Assembly: GCA_013239625.1 (NCBI GenBank)
Contig: MU054187.1
Location: forward strand, 12,804,974-12,868,973
Length of the DNA: 64,000 nucleotides
Direction: 5' to 3'
Origin: Lama guanicoe
Taxonomy: Eukaryota
In this document: in pieces, positions 1 through 13,335 of the stretch
How the letters are laid out: every line of letters starts with the position of its first letter
Numbering within the stretch: the first letter of the stretch is position 1
The notes under the pieces: model-generated
Told to the model about the DNA's origin: nothing
The model's database searches: none
Seen by the model: the letters and a program-made list of their open reading frames with translations, nothing else
Program-made: the position numbers and the translations under genes

Positions 1-1199
1 GATAGGAATTGGGATTTACTTGGATTTTGCAACCCTCATCCTTAGGTCTACTGCTGGGTATTCTGCCATCCTGGCTACATCATTTTATTCAAGTACAAAT
101 CTCAGGGTTAGCTAAGAACGCTGCTTGTCCAATAGAATCAAGGGAGAGGCCCAAGATGCTATGCCAGCTCACGGACGTTAAAACAAGTTTGCATATAAAA
201 TAAGAAACCATAACTAATTAACACCAGGCAGGTGGTCCTGATGGAAATTTAACATCCAAACCGGGTCAGCAGGGAATACAGACTTGGCAGATGAAACTGT
301 AACTGAAATGAATCCCCCAAGACCCGCCAAGTGAGCCTTGAGCCAACAGCCCTTCGCAAGAGCTTCCTGTGCCAGTCATTTCTGGGAAAACGGAGCCAAG
401 GTTAAATGGCTGGAGATCTTAAAATGAGTATGATTGCATAAAGATCTCAGGGCCTCCAGCCCCCCAGCCTCACAAAGAGTTTTCTTAGATGCCAGCATGA
501 TTTTGTGAGAGCAGGAGGGGGCCCAGCATGGAGGCTGCTCTCTGTGTGTTTATTTATTAAAAGCAGGGAGGACAGTGCAGGGAGGGGCAGGAGGATCTTC
601 TCAACAAAGGCCAGGGCGTGAGGTTTTGCTGGAAAGAGCCGGAGTGGAGGGGAGGAGACATTTAGACCCCCATGGAGGGCCAGAGCAAAATCAGATACCA
701 ATGAGGACTGAACCGTCTGAGTAACAGCCGGAATAGCTGAAGTGCTGGGAATGAAAAACTAAGTTTTACTGTTTCATGGTTGGCAAGAGAAAGAGGGCTG
801 AGAGAAGGTGAGATGAAATAGAGCAATAGAGAGAAGGGGGCTGTCCGAGGTGTGATTTCTGTCACAACGCCACGAGGAGATGACTCAGCACCGTATCCCC
901 GCCGGGCTTGCCTTGCCTCCCCGGAGGGGCGCGTAAAGTGGTGGGATGTCCATCCCAGCGGGCTCTTAGACGTGATCCCCTTCCCGGCTCTGGCTTTACA
1001 GCTGAAGAAGCCGTGGCCTGCAGGGGAAGTGTCTCCCCAAGGCCACAGTGAATTCTTTAGCAGAGCCGTCTGGAAACCTGATGCTTGGGTCTTTCCATTT
1101 GTCACCCTTCCTGTTCAAGACCCGCTAATGCTTTCATGGCTGCTTGTTCATTCGCTTTATTTGTGTTTAATTTCTTCTTCTTTTTTTCTTTTTTTTTTA

Positions 1200-1850
1200 G
1201 CTCTGTTAGGATTTTATTTTTTATCCGAATGTCTGATTCATTTGGAACTTTTTATTAGTATTATTTTGCTACTAGGGATATAACTGACTTTTAAAATTAA
1301 TCACCAAGTTTCCCAGTAATATTTACTAGTTACTGCATTATTTCTCCAGTTACTTGAAGGGTTACTTTTCTCATAGAGATTTTTGTTGCTTTCTATTCTC
1401 TCCCATTTATCCTATGACATTATCACGTTGTTCTGATTATTGTAATTTTATAAACAGTTTAGCAGTGTCTCTGCATTGCTCCTCATTTAAAGAAAATTGT
1501 CTATCCCCATTTCTTTGTTTTCAGATAATCTTCAGAATCATCCTTTTTGAAAAAGAAACATCTTTTTCATGTTACAAGATAATACTGTGTGAACTGTATT
1601 GGAAATACCTTGAACTTACTTATTGAGGGAAGAATAACATAAAATAATGAATTACATTTATAAAATAATATTTTTTCTTCTAGGATTAAATTTATTTCAC
1701 TTTTGTTCCTTACTTTAATATATCTTGATAAAGTTCTGTAGTTTTATTTTTCACACAGACCCTGAATGATTCTTTTTTAGTTATCCATCCCTAGCTATTT
1801 TGTATGTCTTTTGTTTGAGTACATCTCTTTTATTTTAAATGCTATTTGGT
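1200..1850 (-). mobile_element. Ancient L1 (L1ME-type) ORF2 relic
   Basis: AT-rich, with decayed motifs attcatttggaac, gattattgtaattttata, cttcagaatca and gggaagaataacat in L1 order. Confidence 0.5.
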
Positions 1851-3164
1851 TTTTCGAAATGTCCAAAACAGTCATTGAGGCTTTTGTTGTAGTGAGTTTA
1901 ATTGCAAAGACAAACTGAGGTTCTGAAGAAAACTGGAATTTGTGTAGCAATCAAAACAATGGGTGGATAATTCCACAGGCACCAATACTAATTTGAAATT
2001 GATGGGTTTGAAGGGGTCAGCACTGTTCCAAACTGAGCATGGGCTTCCATTCAGCCTATGCTCAGTTCAGAGCATCTCCTACTGGTTCTGCTTCTCTGGT
2101 TGAACTGTGACTGATACAGAGGAAGAGGAACCCATCCACTGACAGACAAGCCAGTACATGGCATTGCTGGCAGGAGCGTGGATGGGACCGGCAGGCCGCA
2201 CCCTTGGTTCTATCAGGCCGCTTAGACGCCTTCCCCCTCAGCTGCCGTTCTCCTTCTTAACTCGGCTCTCCTGGATTCTGCTTCATGTCCTTCTTGACGT
2301 TTACTGTCTGTTGAGCCGTGGCACAGAGAAGAAGTTTATTGTTTATCGTGTGTTTGTATTAACTACAGACATCTTCCCAAACAGCTTAGGAGTTAGCTTG
2401 TGCATTTTAACCCATGACTAGTCAATGATTACTTTATTAATTTTTGTGAAAATTTATGGTATCATGGTAGAGAATGTGAGATTTTCAGAATCTTACTTAG
2501 CTTGAAATTAAAGTTACTAGTGTGTCTGGAATTCAGTTGTTTTCCCATCAATTTCACTGTAAATAGCCGTACATGCTTTTCTACCCCACGTGTTGAGACT
2601 TTCATTGGATATAGTTCCTTGAGGAGTTATTCCTTAAATTCACGAGACTGAAAGTGACTCTGAATTTTAAAAAGGGGGAAAATGAGGGATCTCCTGTCCT
2701 CAAAAGGCTTTCTAGAAAATTGTTGGGGAAGAGGCTTTTCATTGAAAGCTGGGAGGCTGCGTACTTCAATGGTTAAGGAATTGCTTCTCAACTTCTCAGA
2801 TGCAGTGTCCTGTCTATATGAGAAAGGCACAATTTTTTATATCACATTTGCCATGTTGAAATGAGATTCATTGATAATATAACCAACTACACGCACATTA
2901 AAAAACAATAGCAATATCACGCTCTAATTAGAATGTAGCTGAAACTGCAGGAAAGCAACTTACAATAAAATCACACTGATTTCTGAATGCGTTTGGGCAT
3001 GGCTATGTGAAAAGTTAATGAAGGAGTCCGATGTTTGGCACTGCTACAAATGTGGACTGGAAAGACAAGTTACACCTGTGGCTTGGTTGTCATGGGGAGT
3101 GACACAATAATGATGTGGTTTTCTGATACAGTGGACAATTCTTGGTGAACTTCAGAACAAAATT

Positions 3165-3618
3165 AATTACAGTTTCCCCTTGATTTGCATGGCAGTTTCA
3201 TTTCAAGAAACATAAGGAGATCTTAAGACAACGCAGGAGTACTTTCTTTTCACTGTAAAACTGGGTTAGGTTCCAGGCTCAGAAAATTAAAATAGATTTT
3301 TGTAAGCTCCAGAGAGCAGAGAATTTCATTCACCCCGAACCCCTGAAAGAGTGGCGAGCACATGGCACACATTTAGCTAATATTTGCATGAATGTCTGAG
3401 TTTTTCATCTCCATGAAGTTAGGTGGGACATTTGAGAATCATGCAGGATGAGGGACAGTTATCTGAGGTGCAGGACTGCCCCTCACACTGCGGGATGGCT
3501 GGCATTCATTGCCCTTGCTCACTAAAGCCAGTAGGGCTTCTGGTTATTGTGAGAACCCAAAAAGCCACCACCACAAATTTCCAAATTGCCCCTTTGGGTG
3601 GTACTGTTGAGAACCACA
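3165..3618 (+). mobile_element. hAT-Charlie non-autonomous element (MER119-like), interrupted by an L2 3' piece at ~3301-3400
   Basis: gttaggttccaggctcaga...gggacatttgagaatcatgcaggatg...tttccaaattgcccct...gttgagaaccac. Confidence 0.62.
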
Positions 3619-4829
3619 GAATTAAGTAATGATGTGGGTATGGCGTCTATCCATCAGATGCCAAGGGAAACCCACTTGACAGAAGTGATGTCTTAGCCAG
3701 GGCGATGGGGCAGCCCTGTTACAGGGATTGTCTGCTTTGACGTGTGTGCACAGCAGTGTGGGTGTAGCACTGAGAGAAATGGAGAGCCAGTCAAAACTTT
3801 GAAAAGGGGTGTGTGACTTGGGTCACAGCCATTGCCAGCTCACAAGGACCTTTGTATGAGTTATAGAGAGGTCCCCTCTCTGGGCAGACCAGTTAGAATA
3901 AGGGCTTCCACGGATGAGAGCACTTGGAAGTCATGTATCCTGGCAAGCAGAGCGCTGCTTGGATGTCAGGTGCCTCTCCTGACCTCTTGACCCAAGTGTC
4001 CTTTTTATAGGACTCAACTTGCACACACCTTTGCTGGGTTTCCACATGAGACACAAATCAAGTGTTAAGAGCAAAAGATAAAGTAGTCATGGTGTTGAGA
4101 AGAGGACCAAAAGGATCGAGAAATGAACAAAAGAGCACAGGTGGAAAGAGGTTAAGTTTAAGGAAATCTCCCATCAAGTTTAGGGAGCCATCCCCCCATA
4201 CTTTATGTAGTAAAGGTGGGTTTTCCTACTGGCTTCTTCTACTTGGAGTTCTTCATGGAAGCTGTAACATCAATAATTAGTGTACTTTGGGGTGATGGAG
4301 TCTTGGGTGTTTATCAGAATTCTGCTAGCTAAATACACCCTTAATTGACATGCACAGGGAAAGCTATTTATGGTTTTTGATGGTAATATATATTTTTGTG
4401 GGAAAAAATATTCTTCTTGACCAGGACATCAAACTCCAAGAACCAAAGGGCCTTCCTGGTGAGAATGAAACCAGAGAAGATCTTGAGGGACATTTCCTTA
4501 AAGCCACCATAGAGCCCATCGGCTTGCCCTGCCTTATGCCAAATGTGTGCTGCTTTTTACCACTGACTGCTTACGCCCTCAGGATTCTCCTCCAGCCTGA
4601 TGGGGCAAACAGAGAGAAAGGTGGATGGATCCCTGTTCTTTGCCTCTGGCTTGTTGAGGCTCCGCGTGGATCAGCTCCTTTGTTTGAACTCTTCATTTCA
4701 TGGTCAGTTTGTTTCATTTTCTCATGACTTTGTTAGAGAGGAGACTTCTCATTTCACAGGTGGCCCACAAGGAGACCCCCTGGAACCACCAAGAGGCTTT
4801 CTCCCAAACCTCTGTAGGCTGGGTGTACA

Positions 4830-5215
4830 TCAGCAAGAATAGGCTAAGTCCCCATTCTTACCGATGTACTGTGTGAAAAAAAAAAGTTGAAAATCTCAGT
4901 AGCTTAACAGAACAAAGCTTGTTTCTTCACCCCACGTCCCCTGCAGATCCAGGCCAGTTCTCTAGGGAAGTGGTGGTCTAGAATTCTCGGCTACTTCTCT
5001 GTCTTCCAGCAGCTCCCTCTCCATATGTTCTTTGATCATCATGGCGTGGGAAAGAGTTATAGAGTGTTTTGACCCAGCAATTTAATGCTTTGGTCCAGAA
5101 ATGTGATACATCACTTCTGCTTACAACTCATTGGTTAGATTTGGGAGAATTGCCCTGTTGTGCCCAGGAGAAAAGAACTCAGTACGAGTGAACACTAGGG
5201 GTGAAGTCATACCCA
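4830..5215 (-). mobile_element. Old MLT1 (MaLR) LTR
   Basis: ctcagtagcttaacagaacaaagcttgtttctt and catcacttctgcttacaactcattgg are MLT1J/K-type motifs in reverse orientation. Confidence 0.6.
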
Positions 5216-5226
5216 CCATGGAGGTT

Positions 5227-5365
5227 TCTTAGTTTGCTAGGGCTGCCGAACAAAATGCCATAGACCAGGAGACTTAAACAACAGACATACATTTTTTCCA
5301 CACTTCTTGAGGCTAGAAGTCCAAGATCAAGGTGTCATCAGGTTTGTTTTCTTGTGAGGCCTCGC
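5227..5365 (-). mobile_element. MLT1 (MaLR) LTR 3' fragment
   Basis: ttagtttgctagggctgcc...cttaaacaacaga...gaggctagaagtccaagatcaaggtgtc. Confidence 0.8.
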
Positions 5366-6785
5366 CATCTTTTCCCTAAGTTGCAGGGCACAGCTTTGGG
5401 ATTCCTTCGTGGTGGTGTTTGATGGTGGCTGGTAGGACCAGGCTATGCAAAAGGAGATCCTGGACTTAGGCTCTCGCCTTGTGCTTCAAGACTATGGGTG
5501 GGTTTTTGGCAAAAACTGAAGACTGAGGAATATTGTCTCTCCTGTCTTCCCACTTCTCCCATCAGCAGCCTTTTCCAATTTTCTTGTGCTTCTCTCTTGT
5601 AGTGTTTAAAAAAAAGTGGGCTCATTCTTGTCCTTCTCTCCCACAAGGAGGTGTGTTTTTTCCCTCGTGGTTCCCCTCACCATGGACTACTGTGAGTCTC
5701 CTATCTGTGTCCCTTAGGTATATCTGATTAATACAAAAAAGAGTAAATGTTTCTCCATCCCCTAAGAACCAATTTTTGCCCCCTGATTGACCCTGTTGAA
5801 AAGCTATGTTCTAGGGCCAACTGGCTAAAAAGCAGCTCGTCCAGGAGGTGGTCTACATTAGTGAATGGAATGGCCAGCCCGATGCTGTCTTCTGCCGGCT
5901 TGTGATGCCAATCAAGCCTTCCATTGCGGCCCTCCACTGGTGCACAGGTCACCCTCCAGTAGAAGGCCCACCACTCACAGATTTAGTGAAATGGAGCGGG
6001 GATTCATCATGGTCCCGGCCATGGCAACCTCAGGAAGGGTTCACAGAATTCCTTCTTCTGAAATTGATTAGCTTCATGCCCCAGAGTTACGGGCGCCTCT
6101 GGCCCTTCAGGAATGGGCGGTTTCTGTGAGAGCAGTGCTAATGAACGGCTGCAGCCTCTCTGGGCTGCATTAATGTGGTCCCTTTTTTTTTTTCTCTCGC
6201 GGTTTCCATCAGGAAGAGCTCTCATTATGTTTAACCAGCTTAAGCAGCAATTTCAATATTAACTCCTCAACATCAAATGGCCCCGTAGCCCCAACTGTGG
6301 GTAGTTGATGCCTAAAGCAATGTGGGATTCTAAAAACATGGTCATCAAATTGCTTATGTTTGTTTCCTAATCCAGCAGGAGTAAGGCTGCTTTCCTTTAT
6401 TCCTGTGTCTTGGCTTGGACCTACTTCACACACCATGACCTCTTCAGAAAGCTTGCTGTCCAGGGTCTTCACAAGGTCCTTCACCTGTGCCCGCCAGCTC
6501 CACTCCTGTGGGTCGTCTTACCCACAGCCTTCCTAGTGTGCTTGGAACTATCTTTGCAAACACTGAAGTACAGGCTTGTGAAGATGGATGTTACTCTCTC
6601 ATCAGTACTCTGCTTCCACCCCTCCGATGGCATCCGGATCTCCTAAAGGAAGCATCCCAGTTAGGGTGACTGGGGATCAGGGACAGGGACCTTTTCTGAG
6701 GTCTGACTGGACCAGTATCCTTACTGCGGGGAAACAGCACAGCACTGAGACTCTCGCTGTTTGCCAGGATGTGTAGAATGTTGTG

Positions 6786-6980
6786 GGCTCTGGTTCAAAT
6801 CCCACTTTCCGTAAGGCCTGAGAAATGATTTTCCTCTGCCTCGGTTTCCTCATCTGAAAATGGGGACAGAGTAGAAGCCCCTTCACATCAGTTGTTGTGA
6901 GGATTCAATGAGTTAACACACGAAGCTGTTCAAACTCCCATCTGGTATCTATTATGTGCTGATGAATGCTGGCTGCTATT
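6786..6980 (+). mobile_element. MIR SINE
   Basis: Core ctctgcctcggtttcctcatctgaaaatgggga...gttgttgtgaggattcaatgagttaa. Confidence 0.8.
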
Positions 6981-7289
6981 CCTACCACCGACCCCTGCTG
7001 CTGTTCAGCACAGTGAGTGCTCCTTCATCCATGTACGTGGGATGGGAGGTGTGTTTTGAGCATGTTTCTCTCCTTTACCTGCGGCTGTGGCATTATGGAC
7101 CCTGGACTCTACTCATCTAAGGAGACAGAACAATAACTGAAGCATACATGTATTTGCCTCATTAAGTTCTTGCTGCAGTTTCATTAAGAGAGCTTTCATA
7201 TCAGTTGCAGCCTAATAGGTTTTGAAATTAGATTGGAAGCTCTGTCAGGTCTGTCATTCACTTATCAAAGATTACTGTGTTCCACTAAT

Positions 7290-7940
7290 CACAGTGGAGA
7301 TAGAAGACCGAGTAAGATAGTCCCCCTTCAAGGAGCTTATGGTCAGAAGACAGAATAATCTGTGGATGCAAACCATTTTAATAATAATAATAACAGACAT
7401 TTGTGCCTTGGTAGGCTGTGCTGAGTACTTTTCCATTTGTTTCATAAGTGAATTCTGAAAACAGTCCCACAGTGCGGGGAGGCAGAGGTCCTGGGGTTTA
7501 AATAGTAAGTGAAAAAGTGAAGAGTTAAGCCTTGGTCCTTCTGACTTCCGAGCTTGTGGTGTGCCCATTCATGACACAGCCCACGTGAGAGCATCACGAG
7601 GCTGCCTGGGGGTTCAGAGGAAGGAGAAGTCACTTCCAGCCGGTACAGGTGTGCTGACAAGGAAGGCTTGGTGGAAAAGGTAGCTTTTTAACATGTCATG
7701 CCTGAGACTGGGTGGATGGAATTTACAAGGGAAAGAAGCATCCTGAGAGGTAGGACCCAAATAGAAGTCCCAGACACAGAATGAAGCTGGGCATTTCCAG
7801 GGAACCGTATGTAATTTGTTTTGACCAAAACACAGAGTGTGGGCAGAGGAGCTCCAACTGGAGACATCCGTTAAGTCCGGGCTCTCTAAGGCCTTGAATG
7901 CCAGCTAAAGAGTTTGCTTTTTTTAATCCCCTCAATACAG
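7290..7940 (-). mobile_element. L2 fragments with an embedded MIR piece
   Basis: cccccttcaaggagcttatggtc and aggccttgaatgccagctaaagagtttg are L2 motifs in reverse orientation. Confidence 0.55.
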
Positions 7941-10900
7941 CAGTCTGGGAGGATAGAGAGATGCCTAGCTTTCAAACTGGATAGACCTGCATGTGACTAG
8001 GAAGGTGACCTCTCCCTAGTCACTTTGGCAGGATTGCTCACACTGACTTTCAGTTTTCTCACTGATGACTTCAGTGAGGACTTGTTCATGCTGGTTTACG
8101 GAATGGATGGATGAAGGGGCCACCTCCTACCTTCTGTCACCACTGGGAGAATGACAAGAACCAAGGTAAATGGCAGCTACAATTGTTCTGTCATGTAGAG
8201 ACGAGTCCTTGAGGCTGTCAAACAGGTGGGCAGCCTGAGTAGAGTCTGGCTTTTGGAAGATTTCTCTAGCATGTGTGTCTGTGAGGAAGAGGAAAGACTA
8301 CAAGTGGGGAGCTCAGTAGAAAGCCACTGAGTAATAGAATGGAGGGAGAATGAGAACCTGAAGGAAGGTTCTGAGGCCTCTGATGGGGTGGGGGCTGAGT
8401 CAGCGCTGTTGGATGCCCATTAGTGTCATGAGGTATCAGGGTACCCCAAATATTTTCTCAGTCCTTTTTAACCCATTGGATGTTTACAGGAAAGTAGGGG
8501 AAAGTTTCAAGGCAGAATCTAGTTCTAGGTGATTTTCACTCTCAGGCATCAATTTACTTTGTAAAAGCATCTTCACTGTCTGTGTCGTGGCACAGTGACT
8601 GCCTTTCTCTTTAAGCCTGGGGCTGCCCTCTCACCACTTCAGCTGTGTTTGTTCATGACTCAGTCACCCATGGTCACACGAACCTCTTTTGGTGAAAGCA
8701 AGGAGGAGGTTTGTGGGACAGGCTCCGTGTGCCCACAAGACAGTGGGGGACAACCTTGCCAGTGAGAGGTCAAGCCCTGTTTCATGATGAGGCGTGAAAT
8801 ATCAACAGCTGGGATTTTTGTTCCTAAGCCAACTAGGAAGAAGGTGAGGCATGTGAAGTCACTTCCCCCCCACCCTCCTCCTTCTTCTTCTTTTTTCTTT
8901 TTTTAAAGATAACTGGGAATGTAGAAAAGCAGCAGGCTGGACAAACGAGGGGAGAAGAATAAACATATCCTGGTAGACCAGGGTCCGGACTTGCCCGCTG
9001 GGGTGCTGTTCCAGCACCACTGGGCGTCCTCTAGCTGAAACCACTGGCGCATTACCCCAGACTCTGGAATCTGCAAAGGGAGCTAGAAGATTCCTGGAGT
9101 CTATAGCTGTGTGTTCAGTACCCCAAGCCTCTTGCTAGGTCTCCTTCTGACTGTCGTTTTTATCTGTCGGTTGACTGTAGCATCATCCACACTGGCTGCC
9201 ATAATCGACACTGACACAGAGTAGGGGGTTTAGTAAAAGTTTTTAGAGGAAAAAGTCCCAGTGCTTGGACTCTTGTCTTGTTTCTCATGGCCAGTTCCCG
9301 TCTTCGGACTCTGGGCCAGCGTCGCGTTCTCTGGCTTCTCACCCTGGCTTTGCTTGGGACCATTCTCTGAGTCCCTGCATTCACCTCTTCCTCTGGGACT
9401 CAAATCCTGCCATCCCACTGGTCTCCCTAGGGCTTGAAGTTCTGCCCCTGAAACACCTGTCCTCTGGCTGTTATGGGTTGATTGACACCAGCTCTCCTCT
9501 CTCTGCCTGCTCTCCACACCCCTCCACACTCTGCCACCCGCCATGTCTAAGCCCATTCCTCTTCTCCACCACTGGGACCCTCTTCTTAGCTGCCCTAAGG
9601 TTGGGAGGGGCGCTGATTTGGCAGTTACTTAAAAATCTGTGGAAGGCAGCTGGACCTGGGGAAATGGGTGACCAACAATTCAAGATCTTTTGATGAAAGA
9701 GATTTATCTGTGACTTCCAAATGAGAGAAGATTCAAAATCCTTACAACACAGCCTTTTCAGAATGTGTGCTGTGGGTCCCTAGCAGTGAGTGTATCGTGG
9801 TAATCCCTAATCTAGCGTCAATAAACTTAAAAGGGGCCTAACCAGGATTAGTACTGAGAGAGAGAATTCAAGAAGGTTCCTTTCCTTCTTTCCTCATTTC
9901 TCACCCTACCCATCCCCCAGCAAGGCAATATCTGAGGATACTTTTCGATCTCTTGAAATAAATAAAAGCCCTCGAAGGAAGCCCCGAAGTTTGACTTTTT
10001 CTCCTTTGTACCATTTCTAAATCTGACAAAGGATAAAGCATCCAGGACTTCTCACTGAGCCCCAGGATGCAGAGGAAGCTGGTTAACACAGCCCTTAGGG
10101 TTGGTAGGAGGCTCTGGAGCGCTAACCCAGCATGGCAGGAGCTAGACTGAGTTTCATGCTTTGACTCGGCAATTGCACCCCTAATTGGGCACACGGTTGC
10201 ACTTTCATGGCATTTAAACACTTTAAAGACCCCGTACTCCAGACAGAAGGCTACTGTGTGTTTTCCTGAGGGTGTAAGCAGTAAAGAATGCTGGGGCTCT
10301 TGAAGCATAATTAGGCATTTAATTGCACATGTAGACTTCGCCGATGGTTTTGCACACGCATGTGATTATGATTCACTTGAAAGTCCTCCACTGATGATAG
10401 TCTGTATTCCATTTCTCTACAAAGAACATTAGGGAGGAAAATATTTGAAACATTTAATTCTTAAGTCCGATTTCTTCAGTTTCTTTTTAGTTCTAACTTC
10501 CCTTCAAGTTTCTAGAGAGTTAAAACAACCACCACCACAGGGAATTCCACATCTGACTCTTATAAAGCACATAAAACAGAACGTACATAACTGTGGGTAG
10601 TTTGCAATTAGAGCGTAAGTATAGTACAAATGTGGTGTCTCTCATCTACCAAGAGTCCCCCTTTTCCTCTCTGTCCATGTTTTCGGATTGAGCAGCCGAG
10701 GCACTGGAATCCAATCTTTTACCTGAGTCACTGAGTAGCAGAGACAGGTTGGGAATGTGAGTTGCCCTTGGCGTCATGTTCTTTCCTGTCACCGAGCCCA
10801 GAGACCAGTGTAATATGTTTAACTTTTTTCTCCTATTGCACATATATGACAGTCAACAATGGGTGCCTTTTGAGACTTGGGTTATACAGAAATATTAGAC

Positions 10901-11502
10901 TTGGATTTTTGGGGCCAACTTCATTTGTATTCTCATCTCCATGGTCACAGCACCAAAAAATTTCAAAGAATGATTTTAGAAATGAACCCATCTATTGTCT
11001 TCATCCTTTTAAAACCTTATTTTGAGTACTTTGTTGAGATTAGTGTGTTGGAATTTTTGCTTTTAGTCCAAGTGTGTGTTCCGTCCTTTTAAATGTATGT
11101 ATTCCATTTACCAAAAGCCACTTGTCTTGTTTGCTCCGCTACAACGTACACCACTGGCTGCTGCCTCTTTCGGGTTTTCATAACTTGGCCACCCTCAGAG
11201 CATTCTGGAAAGAGTGATCTTTAACCTCATTTTAGTTTAATGTGACTTTGGCTTTTTGTAGTAGTCAAGAATGTGTCACCCAGAGTAGACATCAACGGCA
11301 TATAAAATCTTGACGAGTGAGTAGAGAATGCCTGACCCCTCTCCATGAATCTAGGGCTGTTTAGCCCTTCCTGCGTGTTCATCAGAGGTGGATTTGTACA
11401 TGTAGATGACACATGGTTAATGCTAATACTAAATGTGGGTTTCTAATCTCTTCTCACTACAAAATAAGTGAAAACCCAGCCAGAGACAGCTGGGCTTGTC
11501 AG

Positions 11503-11671
11503 GAAGTTCTTAACAGGAAGTGTGTATGAGAATCACCAGTGTGGGATGGGGAGCTTCTTCAAAATACGGAGGCCCAGGCCCTCTGCATCAGAAATTCCAG
11601 GGTGGGGCCCAAGCCTATATATTTTCAAAGTGTTCCTTAGTGATTCTGATCCTTTTTCTGTGGGGAACCAT
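11503..11671. mobile_element. MER5-like hAT MITE
   Basis: gagaatcacc...ggagcttcttcaaaatac...catcagaaattccagggtggggcccaag...gtgattctgat...gggaaccat. Confidence 0.65.
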
Positions 11672-13149
11672 AAGGCCAGGAAAATAGCATCTTTTCTGGT
11701 CCTTTCTAAAATATATTTCCTCTTGCCATGGCGTTACGTTGGGAATCAAAGAATTTGAAGACTTGGATCCAACTGGGGACTGTGCAATTTATTAGAAGTT
11801 GTGTGAACTTGGGCCCCAATGTCCTCAGCTGTAAAAGGTGAGATAGTGATGGGATCTGTGCATCGCAGCATGTCTGGTGTGTACCAGCCATGAGGGGGGC
11901 TCAGCACATGGACTATTCCCACCATGGTACTGATAGTCACGTCCCCACACCTCGTGCATTGTCCTGCAGAGGCGTCCTCAGTGTCTTGTGTTGGAGTCCT
12001 CATTATATTTTGTAGAGATGTGCCACGCCTTATTCCTAGTAAACAACCTGAGAGTAGTCAGGAAGCATAACTCCCCTCAGATTCGCTCTGTGCAGCTCCT
12101 GCTGCTGCCTTTACTCTCTGCCCCAGGTCTCTCCTGCCCTGCACCCCGGCAGTGCTCCCTGGGAGTCACTTCCTAGTGCATCGGAGCAAGAAGTGGATTC
12201 TCCCGCTGGGGAGAGTCATGGCCATCCTAGAACTGTGTGTGTGAACTCATTCTACCTTCATCCTGTGGGACAAAGGGTTGGTGAAGATGACCAAGTCACA
12301 TAAATGAACACGCCGCTCTGGGTGGGTGCATGTGGGTCTCCGTGCTTTGTTTCCTAGCTATGTGGTCGGTTCCCCCAGGACAGCCTTGTCCTGTACAGGG
12401 CTTCATGAAGCTCTGGGAACCGGGGATGTGTGTGCCAGGCAGCCCTCTGGCAGAGGCATGGCTTGTTTATCATTCTGGTTTAAATTGCTTCTTTTATATA
12501 CTAGTATTTATATGTATAACAAATGGGGACTGGCTAATTATGTGGTTCTTAGTGGGAATGAAGTCCCTGCTGGAACCAGCCCAATCTCTGCCCACTATTT
12601 ATAGCCTTCATATGTCCCAAATTTTCCAGTTCTGATTTCAAATATTCTATCCCACTGTCTCCAGAAGTGCACTTTATGCTTGTCAGACCACATGTCAATT
12701 TATGGTTTGAGAAATATAGTCACAGTATTATAACTGCCACCCCAAACACCACATTTTCTGACTGTGAGATTGGAATCCTGCCTTTTAAAAACAGATCGGA
12801 CATACTTAGGAAGTGTTAAAAAAAAAAAAAAGCCTTCAAATATTCTTGGTAAGCAGTTGACTCGAGGCTTCACTGAAACACCGTGCAGATCTGGGCTTAA
12901 AGGACTATGTAATAACACAGAGCTTGGTGACAGTTGTCCTTGACAGTCCCTTTCACAGGGAGCATGACCAATAGATAGGAGAATAAGTGAACAAGTTGAA
13001 TGATTATGTAGAGATTCTCATGTTACTGGAAACTACAGAGCTCTGATCTGAATACGCTGTTTCTTCTTAATCCTATATGAAGGCAGAACTTTTTTTCTGT
13101 ATTAAGTGAGAAAGGGGACAGACTTGTGGCACTATTTGGTCCCTTCTTT

Positions 13150-13335
13150 GTGCTGAGCAAGATGGTAGGCACTTTATCTCACTTAACCCTCTGAAGAGCG
13201 CTGGGACCCAGGCGGCATAATCTTCACGTCGCAGATGGGAGAGAGGAGACTCAGAGAGACTAAGGAGCTTGTTTGGGACACTCAGGGAAGCAGGGTAGTT
13301 AGAACTAGAACTCGGGCCTCTGTGACTACAAAGCT
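13150..13335 (-). mobile_element. MIR SINE
   Basis: atctcacttaaccctc...gcagatggga...gactcagagagactaaggagcttg...gaactagaactcgggcctctgtgactacaaagc. Confidence 0.6.

Noticed and set aside
1..450. Hydrophobic short ORF (9-203) as an ERV env transmembrane remnant
   Set aside because: Truncated by the window edge and has no diagnostic env motif, so it cannot be supported.
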